DNA from: Thalia democratica
Lineage: Eukaryota
Direction: 5' to 3'
NCBI GenBank assembly: GCA_965202585.1
Contig: OZ241828.1
Coordinates: 54,312,001 to 54,376,000 of the forward strand
Length of the DNA stretch: 64,000 bases
Position 1 is the first letter of the stretch. The number at the start of each line of letters is the position of its first letter. The translations under genes were made by a program, and so were the position numbers. The notes under the pieces were generated by a model. That model worked only from the letters and a program-made list of their open reading frames with translations. It was not told the DNA's origin and searched no databases. Below, one piece after another: positions 51,013-63,925 of this stretch.

Positions 51013-52344
51013 TTATGCTCGAAATTCGAAGCTTATCAAATACCTTGGTATGGTGACTTGGCAATCTGCAACAAAGTGATCTGTTATGCTTTTCCGATCA
51101 ACCGCAAAATTTCTGTATCTTCTTCCCAAAAGATCTCTTCTGTACTCTTGTTCAGCTTTTTCGAAACGATCTTTCCTGTACTGCAATTCACTGATTTCCA
51201 CGTTTAATTTGTTTACGTATTTTGTAAATTCAACATCATGTGATTCATTTACGAGCCTTTTAAATGAAAGATTTTTCAATATATTACGGACACCTCTCAT
51301 AATCAAGTTTTCGTGAAAAACAGTTTGCAACTTTTGCGACTCGAGAATTTCGTTGACAAACATGAGGTTTGTCTTTGTTTCAACGTTTCTTCTGCGGGAA
51401 AATAAAGAAGCCAAATCAGAACTTTCGGTTAGGTACACGCCTTCTCCGAAAAGACCATTAACAGAGTTTATGTAACCAGTTTCTAAAATACCAGCTACAC
51501 CTTTTTCACAAGTACCATGAAACAACATTAAGTTGCTGCTTTTTACATCGTCTGTTGCCTTTTTGTTTTGCTCGATGACTTTGTATATTTGAGAAAGTTC
51601 TAAAGTGTCGTTGTAGTGTCCTGTCGTAGTTGTGTAAAAAAAATCTTTCACGAACTTAAACTCATCTGAAGTTTCTTTCAGCATTTGGAGATTGTACTTC
51701 TAACTATCTTTGTTTATATTTTCCAAATCTGAATAAGAGTTAGCTTTTATTGTATATAAATCGAAAAAAAAATAAAACTACTTACTTATCAAAGCAGTCC
51801 ATAAACTTAAACATAAGTCATATTATTTTGTTATCAAAATTATTAAAAAAATGTTTTATTTTTTTACTATTTTAAACGAAAACAGTAGTTGTAAGTATTT
51901 GTTAGATAAAAGCCTTCGGTATAATTAAAGATAAACATTGAAGGGAACTGTTATTCAATAACTATCATATTGATATATATATATAAGTTTAAATTTGTTG
52001 GTAATTTATAAATTTGTTAAACTACAACAAAATTAAAAGAACATTTTCTAGGTGGTTTTTAAAGTAAGCCCATATTATGTTTTGAATTTTGATATACTGT
52101 CTTGTCCTAGACAAGACGTTAAAACATAACCGTAGTGTGACACCAGATAACCGAAAGGTTCTTCGTGCACCAGGGTTTTTAGGGTAAATGACTAGTAAGG
52201 GGCAATTGTTTTGAAATTTATACCTTGTAGGCAATTATAAAAATAAGTTTTGAAAACCCTTGTTCAAATCTATTTGATTGATCACAAACAGTTTTATTAA
52301 AACCACGCGATAAAGCAAACCTTACTTGATGACCAAAATGTCAT
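51013..52344 (-). pseudogene. PARP-fold ART, copy B: TAG at codon 16, new in-frame ATG at codon 22 (223-aa ORF 51013-51684); pseudogene or re-initiated allele
   Basis: Exon 1 52344-52326 and acceptor 51728 are conserved. TGG->TAG at 51700-51702; CTG->ATG at 51684. The rest is open and differs from A at 17 of 222 residues (hand count). Confidence 0.75.
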
Positions 52345-53006
52345 CAATTCTATATACCAGCTGGTTTGACAATAGTTTTAAAGTTAAGTGTTTTTTTATT
52401 TAGTTTATGTATACATATGCGCTTAGCTGTTTGAAAATTTTGAGTAACAAAAATTATTATATATTTCGTAAGTTTATAGCTTTTTTTATTTAGTTTGAAA
52501 GTATTTTAATCCAATGAAATTCAACTATTTATTTAAATATAATGCTTTTGTATAACTAGTTTCATGTTTGTGTTTTTAAATTTAAAACATAATAAAAATT
52601 GTGTTTTGAACACAGCGTTTTTCAGCTAAAAATGCGTCCTATACCGGCAGTTAGTTCGTACCTAGCAAGTGCGTACCTAGTTGGCAGGTTGTGTACTTAT
52701 TCTTAACAAGTAGATTATAACTTGAAAATATTTAGATAAATATTAATAACAAAAAACTAACTTATAGATGAGGATTCAACAACAGTTCAATATACTGTAT
52801 ACACCATTAAGAAAAACAAAAAATATATTTTTGTCATTGTTTTAATTTATTTCATAAGGTTAAAATCTGTTAAAATTTACTGTTAATAATTCATTTATTT
52901 TAATAAAAGAATAAATGCTAATAATCATAGCTTAAAAAAACTTCATCTTTAAGTTTTTTTTGTCTTTATAAAGATAGCTTTAAATAGAAGTTTAATTAGT
53001 TTATGT

Positions 53007-53609
53007 GGAAATGGGTCAAATATGCACGAAGGCTTATTTTCGAAAATGGTCCTACATGCTCGAAAGGACCATTTACACTAAGGGACATTTTTGCAAGAAG
53101 ACATTTTTCTTGGAGGGTCACTTAAGCATTAAGGGTCATTTTTGCATGAGAGTATAAAAATTATAAATAGAAATAAATATAAGATGACTAAAAAAAAAGC
53201 AAAATAAAAAGATCAAAGATAAATTGATATAGAAACTAAAAAAAGGCAAAAATAAGTTACCGACCAAGGTTAAGGGTTAGGGTATAAAAAAAACAGAAAA
53301 ACTAATTAACAAATATTGTTAAGAAAAAACACACAATAAATATAAATTAAAAAAAATAAATTCATAAAAAAAGAGAGAAAAAAAATTATTACTGATCTAG
53401 GGTTAGGTGTAGGGGTAACAGTGATAGTAGAAATAAAATAAATAAATTCAAACTTCAAAAAAAAAAATTTAGAAATATTCAACCCGTCCAGAAGTGTCTT
53501 CATGTAAAAGTGTCCGTTAGTGCAAAAGTGACCCCCCGCGCAAAGTTTACGCCCTGCAAAAGTTTCTTCGTGCAAAGGTGCCCCTTTGTGCATATTTGAC
53601 ACCTAACCC
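53007..53609. mobile_element. Foldback/Mutator-like host element, copy B (603 bp, uninterrupted)
   Basis: Ends ggaaatgggtcaaatatgcac / gtgcatatttgacacctaaccc with a perfect 9-bp TSD agtttatgt (52998-53006, 53610-53618). Confidence 0.88.
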
Positions 53610-56600
53610 AGTTTATGTAAAGTAAAAAAAAATCAAAAACAAAATCTTGCAAATTATTAATTTCTTTATCAATTTACCTTACAAATAATGTCTTGAAAAA
53701 TAATTTTTTTTGTAATATATTTCATAGATTGAGTTTGAATTAAAATTTTGTTAACAAAAAAATTTAGCAAAAAATTTTTTAAATTCTAAACTTTTTTGTA
53801 CACGACATTTTTGGTAGCTTTTTTCGAAAGCTATTTCATTGGCTAGAGGCTAGACACAGAGCTATGAAAAATTCTACAATAGAAACTTAAAATTTCTTCA
53901 AGATGAACGTTTTGTTTGGCTGATTACTTAACATTTTGTAAAAAAATAAGTTAAGAAAACTTTTTATTAGTTTTTTATTTCAATTTAAATGTTTTCTATA
54001 AGCTTTCTAAAATAAATATTGCGTAACAGGTGAAATTTGGTAGTCACGGCAAGAGAGTCCTAATCACGCAACTCATCCATATTCTAAACTTATTTTTAAT
54101 TATGTCATAAAAACATCTGAAGCTAAGCAATTAACAATTTTCAAAAAATGATTTAAAGTATTACATTAGGTGTTATTTACTACTGTTGAAAAAAAAAGTA
54201 TTTTCTAGTGTGGTAGTAAGCATAATTTATGTATATAAATATAATAATGTTGAGATAAAGTAATGGGAAATTAACTGTAAAAAAGAATGAATGATAAAAA
54301 TCTATACAGATGTTTAATCATATGTTCCTAATCACGATTAAATCAAAGAAATAACTAAAATTAAATTTAAGTACTAGATAAGTACTTAAATATAATCAGT
54401 TGTAACTTTTAATATAGTTAGGTGCTATTTAACAGTTTAAAATTTTAAGTTTTTTAACATTTAAGTTTGTATCCTATTTTATAAAAACGTTCTACAATGC
54501 GTTGTTACCATAATGTTGTATGTAATCAAATTTTAACACTTTTTATAAAAAAAGGAAAAAAGAAAAATAAAGTTTTGTAAGACCTTCACAAATTAAACCA
54601 ATAGTGTTTTGAACAAAATACAGCAATTAATTGTTATATCAATTTATTTTATTTTATACAATTTAAATCTTTACAGCTTAATTAAATATCTCGGATTTAA
54701 TATGACTTATAGTTTAAACTACTGTTATTCTTTGTTATTTTCTATTTCCTAAGCAGCTTAAGCGCTATAACTAAATACCATTTAAAAGCAATTGCAGAAA
54801 AAAGTGAAGTAATGATATTTGAAAACAAAATAATTAGACGTTTATTATTTAAATTATATGTAATAATTTATGCTGAGAAAAGGGTTCAAAACTATTACAG
54901 GAAAAAAATGCTTAGGAACAAAAATTAAGTAGTTACTCAGAATTTACAATACCTAATTTTAAAAACATCTTTATAAAAAAATTAAAAAAAATTGTAAAAT
55001 GCACATAAAAGCCAATTGTGAATATATCTATAGTCCGTTTCCAAAAATCTAATAAAAATAAGTGTTTAAACAAAATTTATTAGTCATATAAATGATTTTA
55101 ACTTTTGTACAAACTAGTCCAGGTATCATGATTCAGATTTAACTTTTTGTTTACTATGAAAATCTTTTATACACCTTTACTTTTAAATATTTTTTAGACA
55201 TGATATGTAAAAAACACTAAGCAAAATAAAAACTTTTAGTATATCAAAATGGTAAAAATTGTCAAGTAAAAATTGAAGAAATATATTTTACTAATAATTA
55301 ACAGTATTTAAAAAAAAATATTTATATGAACATAATATTCAAACTTAGATTTAAACTGTTGTAACTTTTTTTTAGCTAAAAACTTAAAAACGGCCCTTTC
55401 TGCTATAAAAACTTAGTAAAAGACAAAAAAAACATAATGTCAACAAAAAGTAAGGCATTTAATGAAAGCAACGTGGTACAATACTATTACATTAAAGTTT
55501 AAAAAATCTATCTACAACTAAGCCTAAAATGTATACTAGAAGCTATGAAGTATAAACAAATAGTAAACAAATCTATCACATTTAAACTAGTTACAAAAAT
55601 TGTGAAAAACAAACAAAACTAACTAAGTATTTATAAATGTGGGTGAATAATATATACTTTAAAAATCAAGTATAAATTTTTTTATACGGCCTGAAATGAA
55701 TGACTAATTTTATGAATAAATGACTATTAAAACACTCTTAACCTTCAAACTACTACAATCTGGAATTGTGAGCCAAAATGTCACTTTCTAACATAATCTA
55801 ATTTAAACAAAGTCGTTATAAATAAAGCGTTAGTAAGTTTAGCGGTTTAAAATCGGCATATAAAGAATAAAATAAAAATTTAAAGGAAGCAGTTTAGTTA
55901 CAAATATGAACACATTATTTCAAATAAAAGGAACACGTTCATTTTTTTCTCTTAAAACATGTTTTAAAATTGGTACATAAAATATTATTACTGGGTGTAA
56001 GAAAATAACGATTTAAAAGTATTAAACATTTGTATCGATTCTTATATTCTGTTAACCCTTCTTTTGCTTTATTATTCATTATCATTTGTACGAACTTGAA
56101 AAATATATAAAATGATTAGTAGAAGTTTATTATATGCATGATGAAAATTTAAAGATATAATAAACATTGTTGCTTTATAAGCTTATCTTTAGAATTATTT
56201 GTTTAATATTTTCATTTATCCTAATTGCCTACAAGTCTGTATTTTATTCACCTTTTTTTTAAATTTTTAACGTATAACATTAATTTTTCATAAAAACAAC
56301 AAAAAAGTAGGTGGAGTTTTCTAATTTCTTCAGTATTTAGCTACCACACTATTTATATTAATGCATATTATTGCATCTGAATATTAGAGGTTAGATCCGA
56401 TTACAAGACACTAAACTAATTCTAATGTACGGCAAAATTGAATATCCAGTTATTTTTTCTAGAAAATTTTATAAAATGATTTAGTGTTAGGGATTTTAGT
56501 AAAGCATTTGAAATTTATTAAATTAAAGTAGTATTTGAATAATTACACATGTAACATAAATCAACAATAACCAGTTATCACTAACACCTATAAAACTCAG

Positions 56601-56834
56601 ATATTTAACTTGCTAGGTTTTTCAAATTTACCTATTATTAAATTAAACTAATTTGCCACTAATTTTGCAACCTAAACTTTACAATTATTTTTTATAAACC
56701 AAGCTTTTGTTACAACACAAGTTTATTATTTTTAACGCAGTAGAAAAACAAACTCAGCAAAATCCTCAATATAACACAGTTCAAAAACTAAAACATTTCT
56801 CATCCAAAATAAAAACAATTTAGCTCATAAAAAC

Positions 56835-57686
56835 TCAAAATTCATCATGCTTCTTTTTACCGTTCACATCTTTCAGAAAATCAATCTCCATGCCGTTGAC
56901 CGGGTCTATCAAAGTGAGAATGGCAGGTTGGCGCCAGCTAGTGATCCAATATGGAACTTCTGAAATATCAAAAGGAATAGCCAATCCGAAGTTGTAGCAC
57001 TTTGAAGCATCAAGCCTTTCACAGAGTTCAAACTTCATTTCAATAGTCACATTTGAGAGCTGGTCGTAATACATCCTAGAGATGGAAAATTTGTCGAATA
57101 CGTCTAATTTCTTTTTACACCAATGCTGAAGTGGTAAGTTATAATATGCTATATACTTACATAAGTCTCCTTGAAAGTTAGTAACAATAGCTTGGTTTCT
57201 TAATTTTCCAAAAACTTGCAATTTAAACAATTCTGAAGAGCTTATTTCTGCGAAGTATTCAACTAGAAGCCCTGGACACTTGTCAAATATTTGAAATTTT
57301 TCATCAGTCGTGTAACAGGATTCACCTATACAGGATATTTTGTTATCTATATCGTAAAGGCTGAAGACAAGAAATATGAATTTTGGGTCTTCAGTAACTT
57401 TCTTCGGAATGATTAGCTTTTCATCAATTTGGTCGGATGTCAATCGGAATTCAGCTTTAATCTGGAGGCCATCAGTAAAAAAAAGAATGTGGATTTTGTC
57501 GTAGTTATCTAACGACTGCTTAGCTCCGGAAGCGTTCTCAATCAACTTCCTTATGACGTCACATTCTCTGCTGTTTTCTTCTTTTTGAGGACCTTCACGG
57601 GTCGGAGTTGCCGACATTACTGTGGATGATTGCAACAGCAGAAGAAACATGAAGGTGACCAAAATCACATTATATGAAAACATCAT
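56835..57686 (-). CDS. Unknown Cys-rich secretory-pathway protein with HDEF, 283 aa, copy B (intact)
   Basis: Open ORF; signal peptide, eight Cys shared with copy A, identical DVNGKKKHDEF end; acceptor 16 nt upstream of ATG. Confidence 0.85.
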   Translation of the reverse strand: MMFSYNVILVTFMFLLLLQSSTVMSATPTREGPQKEENSRECDVIRKLIENASGAKQSLDNYDKIHILFFTDGLQIKAEFRLTSDQIDEKLIIPKKVTEDPKFIFLVFSLYDIDNKISCIGESCYTTDEKFQIFDKCPGLLVEYFAEISSSELFKLQVFGKLRNQAIVTNFQGDLCKYIAYYNLPLQHWCKKKLDVFDKFSISRMYYDQLSNVTIEMKFELCERLDASKCYNFGLAIPFDISEVPYWITSWRQPAILTLIDPVNGMEIDFLKDVNGKKKHDEF

Positions 57687-59434
57687 TACTCAAAAGTAAA
57701 ACCTAAAAAAAGTTTTAATTTAAAACAAACTAAAAAGCTTGTAAAAACTATGGTTTTAGTTATAAGAGGACTATTTAAAAGAGGGCTTTAAATTAGTTTA
57801 ACAACTGTATTACAACTTTACAAATAAGTAAACTTATAAGTTAGATAAACTTACAAAATACACTAAGCTCAAACATTTTATTTTAAATTTTATAAGTACT
57901 TTCCTTTTCAAATAATATATATTGTTTATAAATAATGGATAGAATTTCAGAAAATTGAAACAATGCTATTCATCTTCAATGAAAAGTCAAAGTATAGTTT
58001 GTGGCAAACTTGTTTTCTAATTAGATTAATATATTTTTACTGAAGTATTTATATAACTCAATAAACAATCAAAATTGTAAAACAAAAATAATCTTCAAGC
58101 AGAAATCTTTAATTAGCTCATTAGAGGTTAGAAAAACAACAAAGCCTTGAAAAGAACAACTAACTTGTACAAAATGGACTATTTCTGTTTGAAAAAATAA
58201 AACTTTTTACTAGGTCAGTGTAATATCTCAATGCAATAAAGGTTTAAAACCTTTTTAAAATATAACAACCTAGTTTTGAAAAATTCTTATAAAAGTTTTA
58301 AACTTTGTTCGCTGAAAGATTATCTTATAGAAAATATTTGAAATGACTAAAATTGCAAGCTAAGGTCAGCTTTTTACAAATTTAAGTTATTTTTTTAGCT
58401 CTATTGAAGCAGGTTTTTTCTTAAGGTTTTCTTAAATAATTTTATTCGTTTTTATGTGAATTTGTGTTTAGAAATGTTTAAACAATCACAAGACTTTAAA
58501 AAAGAGAAAGTATTATCACCACTTATACTAAATTAGATAAATAAAATAAGTTTAACTTCGCCAAATGTTTTTATTTTTTATTCGAAAATATTTTTAGTGA
58601 TTGTAGTAAGCTCGAATGTCATTAGGTGTTGAATAAATTTAAAGTAATATATCAACATTTTTATTTTTTTCTTGCTTCAACTACAAACAGTCGTTGGTAA
58701 TAATTTTTTTATGTGGTTTTATATTAATATGTCGTAGCTAAAAAAGATTGCTCAATTTACTAATTTTATTTAATTATACACTAATGAGCTTGAATTTTTG
58801 AATATGTAACATTTTAGTTTTTTGTTAAGATCTTAATGCACGAACAAGTTTTTAAATAACATTATAGATAAACAACATTGTTATGTGCAGTTTACTGGTT
58901 TATTATATTTGAAATGGTCATAATTTTTTGCCACCGAAATATAGTAGTAAATAAAATATTTAATATGCACATCTTTATTTATTGTCGATTTTAAAACTTT
59001 TTTTTCTAATATCCTTATATTGCAATATTTTACAACAAAACTACATTTCTAAGTATTAAAGTGCTTAAATGAATAAAAAAAACTGCTACTTAACTTATCT
59101 CTTTGCTAGTTCACTTTTTTAAGACATACACTTTGTATTTTTGCAACTTAAAAAGAAAAATACTAGTAAAAGCTTCTACTTTGAATAAAGTTTTTTAAAT
59201 GATACAAAAATCGAAGAGTATTAAACACTTTTTTTTGAAATTTAAAAGAATTAAAAACATCAAAAAAGATAAACAAAGTTTTTTAAAGGTTTGTTATATT
59301 ATCGTTATTTAATATGTCAGGTTAACAACCAATGACTGAAACGTAAAAAATTTAAAAAAAAATTTAATTAGCTACTATAAGTAAAGAACAGTGCGATTGA
59401 ATCTTAATTAGAACTGGGTGCTTTTGAAAGTCGA

Positions 59435-60340
59435 GGCTGGTTAATTTTGCACGAAGGATCACTTTTACACGAAGAGTCACTTTTGCACGTAGTGACTTTT
59501 TCACAAAGAATTACCTTTTCACAAAGACAATTTTGCACAAGTTAAACTTTATTTATTGTTTTTTTGGTAGTTTACTAAGATTACTAATAACCCTTACCCT
59601 TGGTCGGTAAAATTTTTTCCGCTTACTTACCGCTTCGTGCAAAACGTTAATTGTTCGAAATTGACCCTTCGTGCAAAAGAGACGACGTGCAAAAATGTAC
59701 CTTCGTTCATTTCTTATGCCAATCCATTGAAAGTATGTCTTTTTTGAGTGAGTAGCTGTCAAATTTGCACGAGGGAAAAGTTGCACGAGTGCAGAAAATT
59801 ACACGAAGATACTTTACACGACGGGTCACTTTTGCACGAGGAACTTTTGTACGGAGACATTTTTCAAAATTTAATTTTATTATATTATTTCTAAAATTTT
59901 CAAATTAATTAATTAATTGTTTTTTAATTAATTTTTTTTACACTAGCACTGTTAGCTATAACCTTTAACTTCGGTCGGTAAGTAATTTTTTTTATTTTTT
60001 TTATTTTTTTTACTATCTCTTTTACACCTTACCCATTCTCGGTCGGTAGCTTTTTATTTTTTAATTGAAAACAAAAATTTTTTTTAAGTTTTCTATTTGA
60101 TTTATTTATTTAACTTTTCTTACTATCACTGTTACCCCTAATCCTTACCCTCAGTAGAAAACTTATTTTTAATCATTATTATTTTTTATAATAATTTTTA
60201 TTAACTTATTTTTCGTTTTATTTTTACTATCACTATTTTTATTTTTTTTCTATATATTTTTTACTCTCGTTCAAAAATGTAAGTCGTGCAAATTTGGCTT
60301 TGTGTAATTTTGTGCACTCGTGCAATTTAAACACGTTCCC
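59435..60340. mobile_element. Degenerate members of the ttttgcacg foldback family (probably two adjacent elements)
   Basis: Short ttttgcacg and cgtgcaaaa arrays in both orientations, ggtcggt/ccttaccc internal motifs, end gtgcaatttaaacacgttccc. No clear TSD. Confidence 0.65.
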
Positions 60341-60824
60341 GTTTTTAGCTTGTCTATTGGGTCCAATAGAGTGTTTTTGTTATTAGTAGTTTTTTTATTT
60401 TCTAAAAAGTTTTTAGAGGTTTATCGTAATATTTATAATAAAATAACATATAATACTAAGTTCTAAACATTTAATAAAAAAAAGTCTAATTTAGTTTGTA
60501 GGTGAGTACTATACCATTCAAAACAAGACTAAATGAAGCACTGAAAATTTTATCAATATAAAATTATGACTAAGTTTAATTAGTTATTTTAAAGGTCAAA
60601 ACTAAGATTGCAGTCTGTTCCGGGAGCTGTTGATAGTTGCAGTATAATAAAGGAAGCTGAAAACTTCGGTATAGTTTTCTTTTAAAATACTTTTCAGAGG
60701 AAATATTTAAAAGGTTTTATGTTAAGGTTTAGTTTAATGTAATAAATATTTACTTCAAGTTCCTAATTAACAAAGATTTAATCAATTTTTTTTGTGTTGA
60801 CTATAAGACCTAATATTAATAAAA

Positions 60825-60918
60825 GCGGCCCGCGGACGACTACTTACTGTATAGTTTGGCCCGTAAGCATTTTGATAAGTAGAATTAAACCGTTGCCTAT
60901 TAAAAGCTGCTGACCCTG
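60825..60918. mobile_element. hAT (Charlie-like) MITE terminal fragment
   Basis: gcggcccgcgg / tttggcccg motifs ending gctgctgaccctg. Confidence 0.5.
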
Positions 60919-60938
60919 ATACAATGCTATTTATGGTA

Positions 60939-61005
60939 CAGTGCTTATTCACTTATCCGGACTTCACTTATCCGGACGCTCACTTATCCGGACAGTTTCG
61001 GTTGA
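60939..61005 (+). mobile_element. pogo-like element left end with triplicated cacttatccgga
   Basis: ta|cagtgcttattcacttatccgga, the same TIR as 1619 and 42349. Right end not identified. Confidence 0.6.
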
Positions 61006-62104
61006 TAAAATTAAAAAAAAAATTTAATATTAAACACTAACATTTTGGTATGATTTTGGTATGAATTTATACTTTCATAGTTTAAGAAAATTTTAAGTGA
61101 TTTTATTAATTTCACAGCTTGTTTATTATCATGAGTTATGACACTACTAAAGATTACATTCTATCTTTTTTCAAAACTAGTTTATTCATCAAAAATTTAG
61201 TATACTTATTAGATTATTTTTTTAGCTTATTATCAGTGTCAGCCAAAAGCTTCCACAACTTCTTTAAATTCCGTGAGTTTTCTGTTGAAAACGTGAAAAA
61301 CTATAAATATATAACAAAGGTTTATTCTTTCTTATTTTAGCAAAACTTTCAATAAAAACTATTTCGTTTAGAGTGACATGTTTCCGTCAAATTAAATCAC
61401 TTAGCAAGTTTGTCAAAGTTAAAAAAATAAAAAATTAGTTTAGCTTAGTGTTACAAGTAATTTTCAATGCAGTAAGAAACCTGCGAAAGTAGAAAATAAT
61501 TAAGTATGTTTAGCATACTAAACTAATATTTCATTATATACATAGTTTTTTTAGTTAACATTACTCTTAGAAAAATTTGTTAATTTTTATATGCTGCTGT
61601 TTTAGCAGAATTAAAAACATATATTTTTAATACATAAAACTTTATGAAGTAAATTTTTTTTATTAAAATTATGTTTATAAAACTAAAATTCATTGAAAAC
61701 GATTTTTATTTGAAAACTTTGAATTTTAGTAGTAAAACTTAAATTCTAAAAACCTTTTTTAAAAATCTATTGAAATTCTTTATAAAAATACAGTTTTGTT
61801 AAAAAAAAATTTACAGACCGTACATCTCGATAAATAAGCATAAGAAAAAGATGCTAAATATATTTTAATTTGAAGTTGTTAAGTGCTACAATGTTATTAT
61901 GTGTTTGTTTTTTATTAATGTTTAGAACATTAATGCACACAGATTTTATGTTTGATCTTAAATAAAATATCTAAGTATTTTTGTTACAAGCTTATGTAAC
62001 ATACCGATTAGTTTTATTAATCTTACTAAAGTGTTAATATAACTTAAGTGACTTTGAAAATTGCACAAAAAAACCAGTTTATAAGCAGAAGTTATCTATT
62101 AGCA

Positions 62105-62175
62105 CAGGGTTCGGCATTGGCAAACTGCGGCCCAAGAGCACGTTTAGTTTTAAATGGGATACGGCCCGCGAAAGA
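62105..62175 (+). mobile_element. hAT (Charlie-like) MITE left-end fragment
   Basis: cagggttcggcattggcaaactgcggccc ... acggcccgcg; interrupts homology to 8468 exactly at ttagca|c. Confidence 0.55.
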
Positions 62176-63794
62176 AATCTGCGGTCCATCACCATGTTAA
62201 TGTGGATCGCCGAACAAAAATATTTTTAAGTCGATTTTTTTTTCGGTATAATGATGTTGTTGATTAATTTTTTTACGACACTGGAAAACGTTTAAAACCC
62301 AGCAAAATGTTTTACTGCTTAGGCTTAAAAATGTGAAAAAGACAGATTGGCTCTCTTGCACTTTTTTTTCTCAGTTTATATTTAACTGCCTTCTTTTAAC
62401 AGCAACTGGTGAACTAAAAATAAATTTTAAAAGTACTTGGATTAGGTAAATATTTATGAAATACATGTTTAAAAAATTAACCAAATGCTAATGTTTTTTT
62501 TGAACAAAAGTAATGCACAGTAATAAACTCAATTTTTTTTTTGAAACCTAGGTGTTATGTTTAGCATGTAATTTATACCTAAATTTTTATAATAGAAACT
62601 CCACTGTGTAGTATATTTAAGTGTACACAGAAACATTAAAAACATCATAATAAAAAGTATTAATTTTTTTTTTCATTGTGAGTTGTTTTTATTTTTTTAC
62701 ACTTGAAATTAATTCTTATAAACATTAAAGCGCTTATAAATACGGTGTCACCTATGAGTTTTTATAATTTTACATAATGTTATTAAATTGCTGAAGATTA
62801 TAACTATTTTGCTTTCTAATATTTTTCTTTATACGCTAACTGTTTTTTGTCTATTATTAGTTATAAAATTATTAAGTTAGTTATTATGTTAAAAGAAAAG
62901 TTAACAGCTGAGGTAATTTTTTTCTTGAAAAAAAAAATAATTAAACTTTTGTTTAAAACATAAAAAAATGACATTAAAGGCAATTCATAAACTTGGTAAA
63001 TTATTGTAATAATATTCCAATTGGTTTTAAATATATTGACTTTTTTTGAGCTATACAAGCTTTTTAAAATTTATACCAAGAGCTAAAGTTTAATCTTAAT
63101 TATACAAATTATTCTAAGTATTTAAATTCGTAGTTGTGATATCATTCATACTATATCAGAACCAGACTTTCTTATTGTAATAACATTCGGATTTTCGGAA
63201 GTATTTAGAACTAATTCTAATAAAACGATCAAGTAACAATTAGTTCACAAGTATTAATATTTTACAAACATAGTTTAACTTTTAGTTAAAAAATCTTCAG
63301 ATAAGGAAATTTAATAATAAAAATTAAACATAACAAAAGAAAAACTAATAAAAGTTTTCGAGAAAGTTTAAAAAAAATGTAACTTTTATACACTTCTTTT
63401 CAAAATAGAGGTCTAAACTTTAACATATAAATTTAGTTTTAAGTTTAGTTGTTTTAGAAATTTTATGATACAGTTTAAAAGAACTCAAAACTGTATATTA
63501 ACAGTGACATTATTCGAAATATTTAGGTTGAGTTTTTTTCTAACATTCGTTTTATTTTATTAAAAGTTGTTGTATAAAAACTAAGAAAGTTAAAAATAAT
63601 CAAAAAATATAAAACGTTGTCGACCATAGCAATGAAAGTATTCTAAAATGTTTTTTTAAGAATTTTGTCAAAAAACTAGTGTATTTAGGTTTTACGAAAC
63701 TTTATTTTGAAATAAAAGAAAATATTTATGATGTTCTCAAACTTTGTCTACAAAGTACAAGTTTACCCTGCAAAAATAAAAGTTATGCTCGAAA

Positions 63795-63925
63795 CTAGAG
63801 TTGGTAAAGTGCTAGTAGTAGTAGTTGTTATGCCAACTGAGAACTGAAGCGTTTAAACTTTTTTTTTTTTGCTTTGTGTTAAAAATTAAACGCTTCAGTA
63901 AATATAACACTGCTTTTTACCAAGC
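63795..63925. mobile_element. ~130-bp palindromic insertion in the last codons of ART copy C
   Basis: Inner inverted repeat actgaagcgtttaa (63843-63856) / ttaaacgcttcagt (63886-63899); outer ttggtaaa / tttaccaa. The ancestral FRA-stop remnant lies at 63783-63794. Confidence 0.65.

Larger units (their letters stand above)
38011..59221. repeat. Segmental duplication, copy B (part alignable to 1-21165)
   Basis: Collinear with copy A. Differs by a 2672-bp hAT insertion present only in B and a 2325-bp foldback insertion present only in A. Confidence 0.95.
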
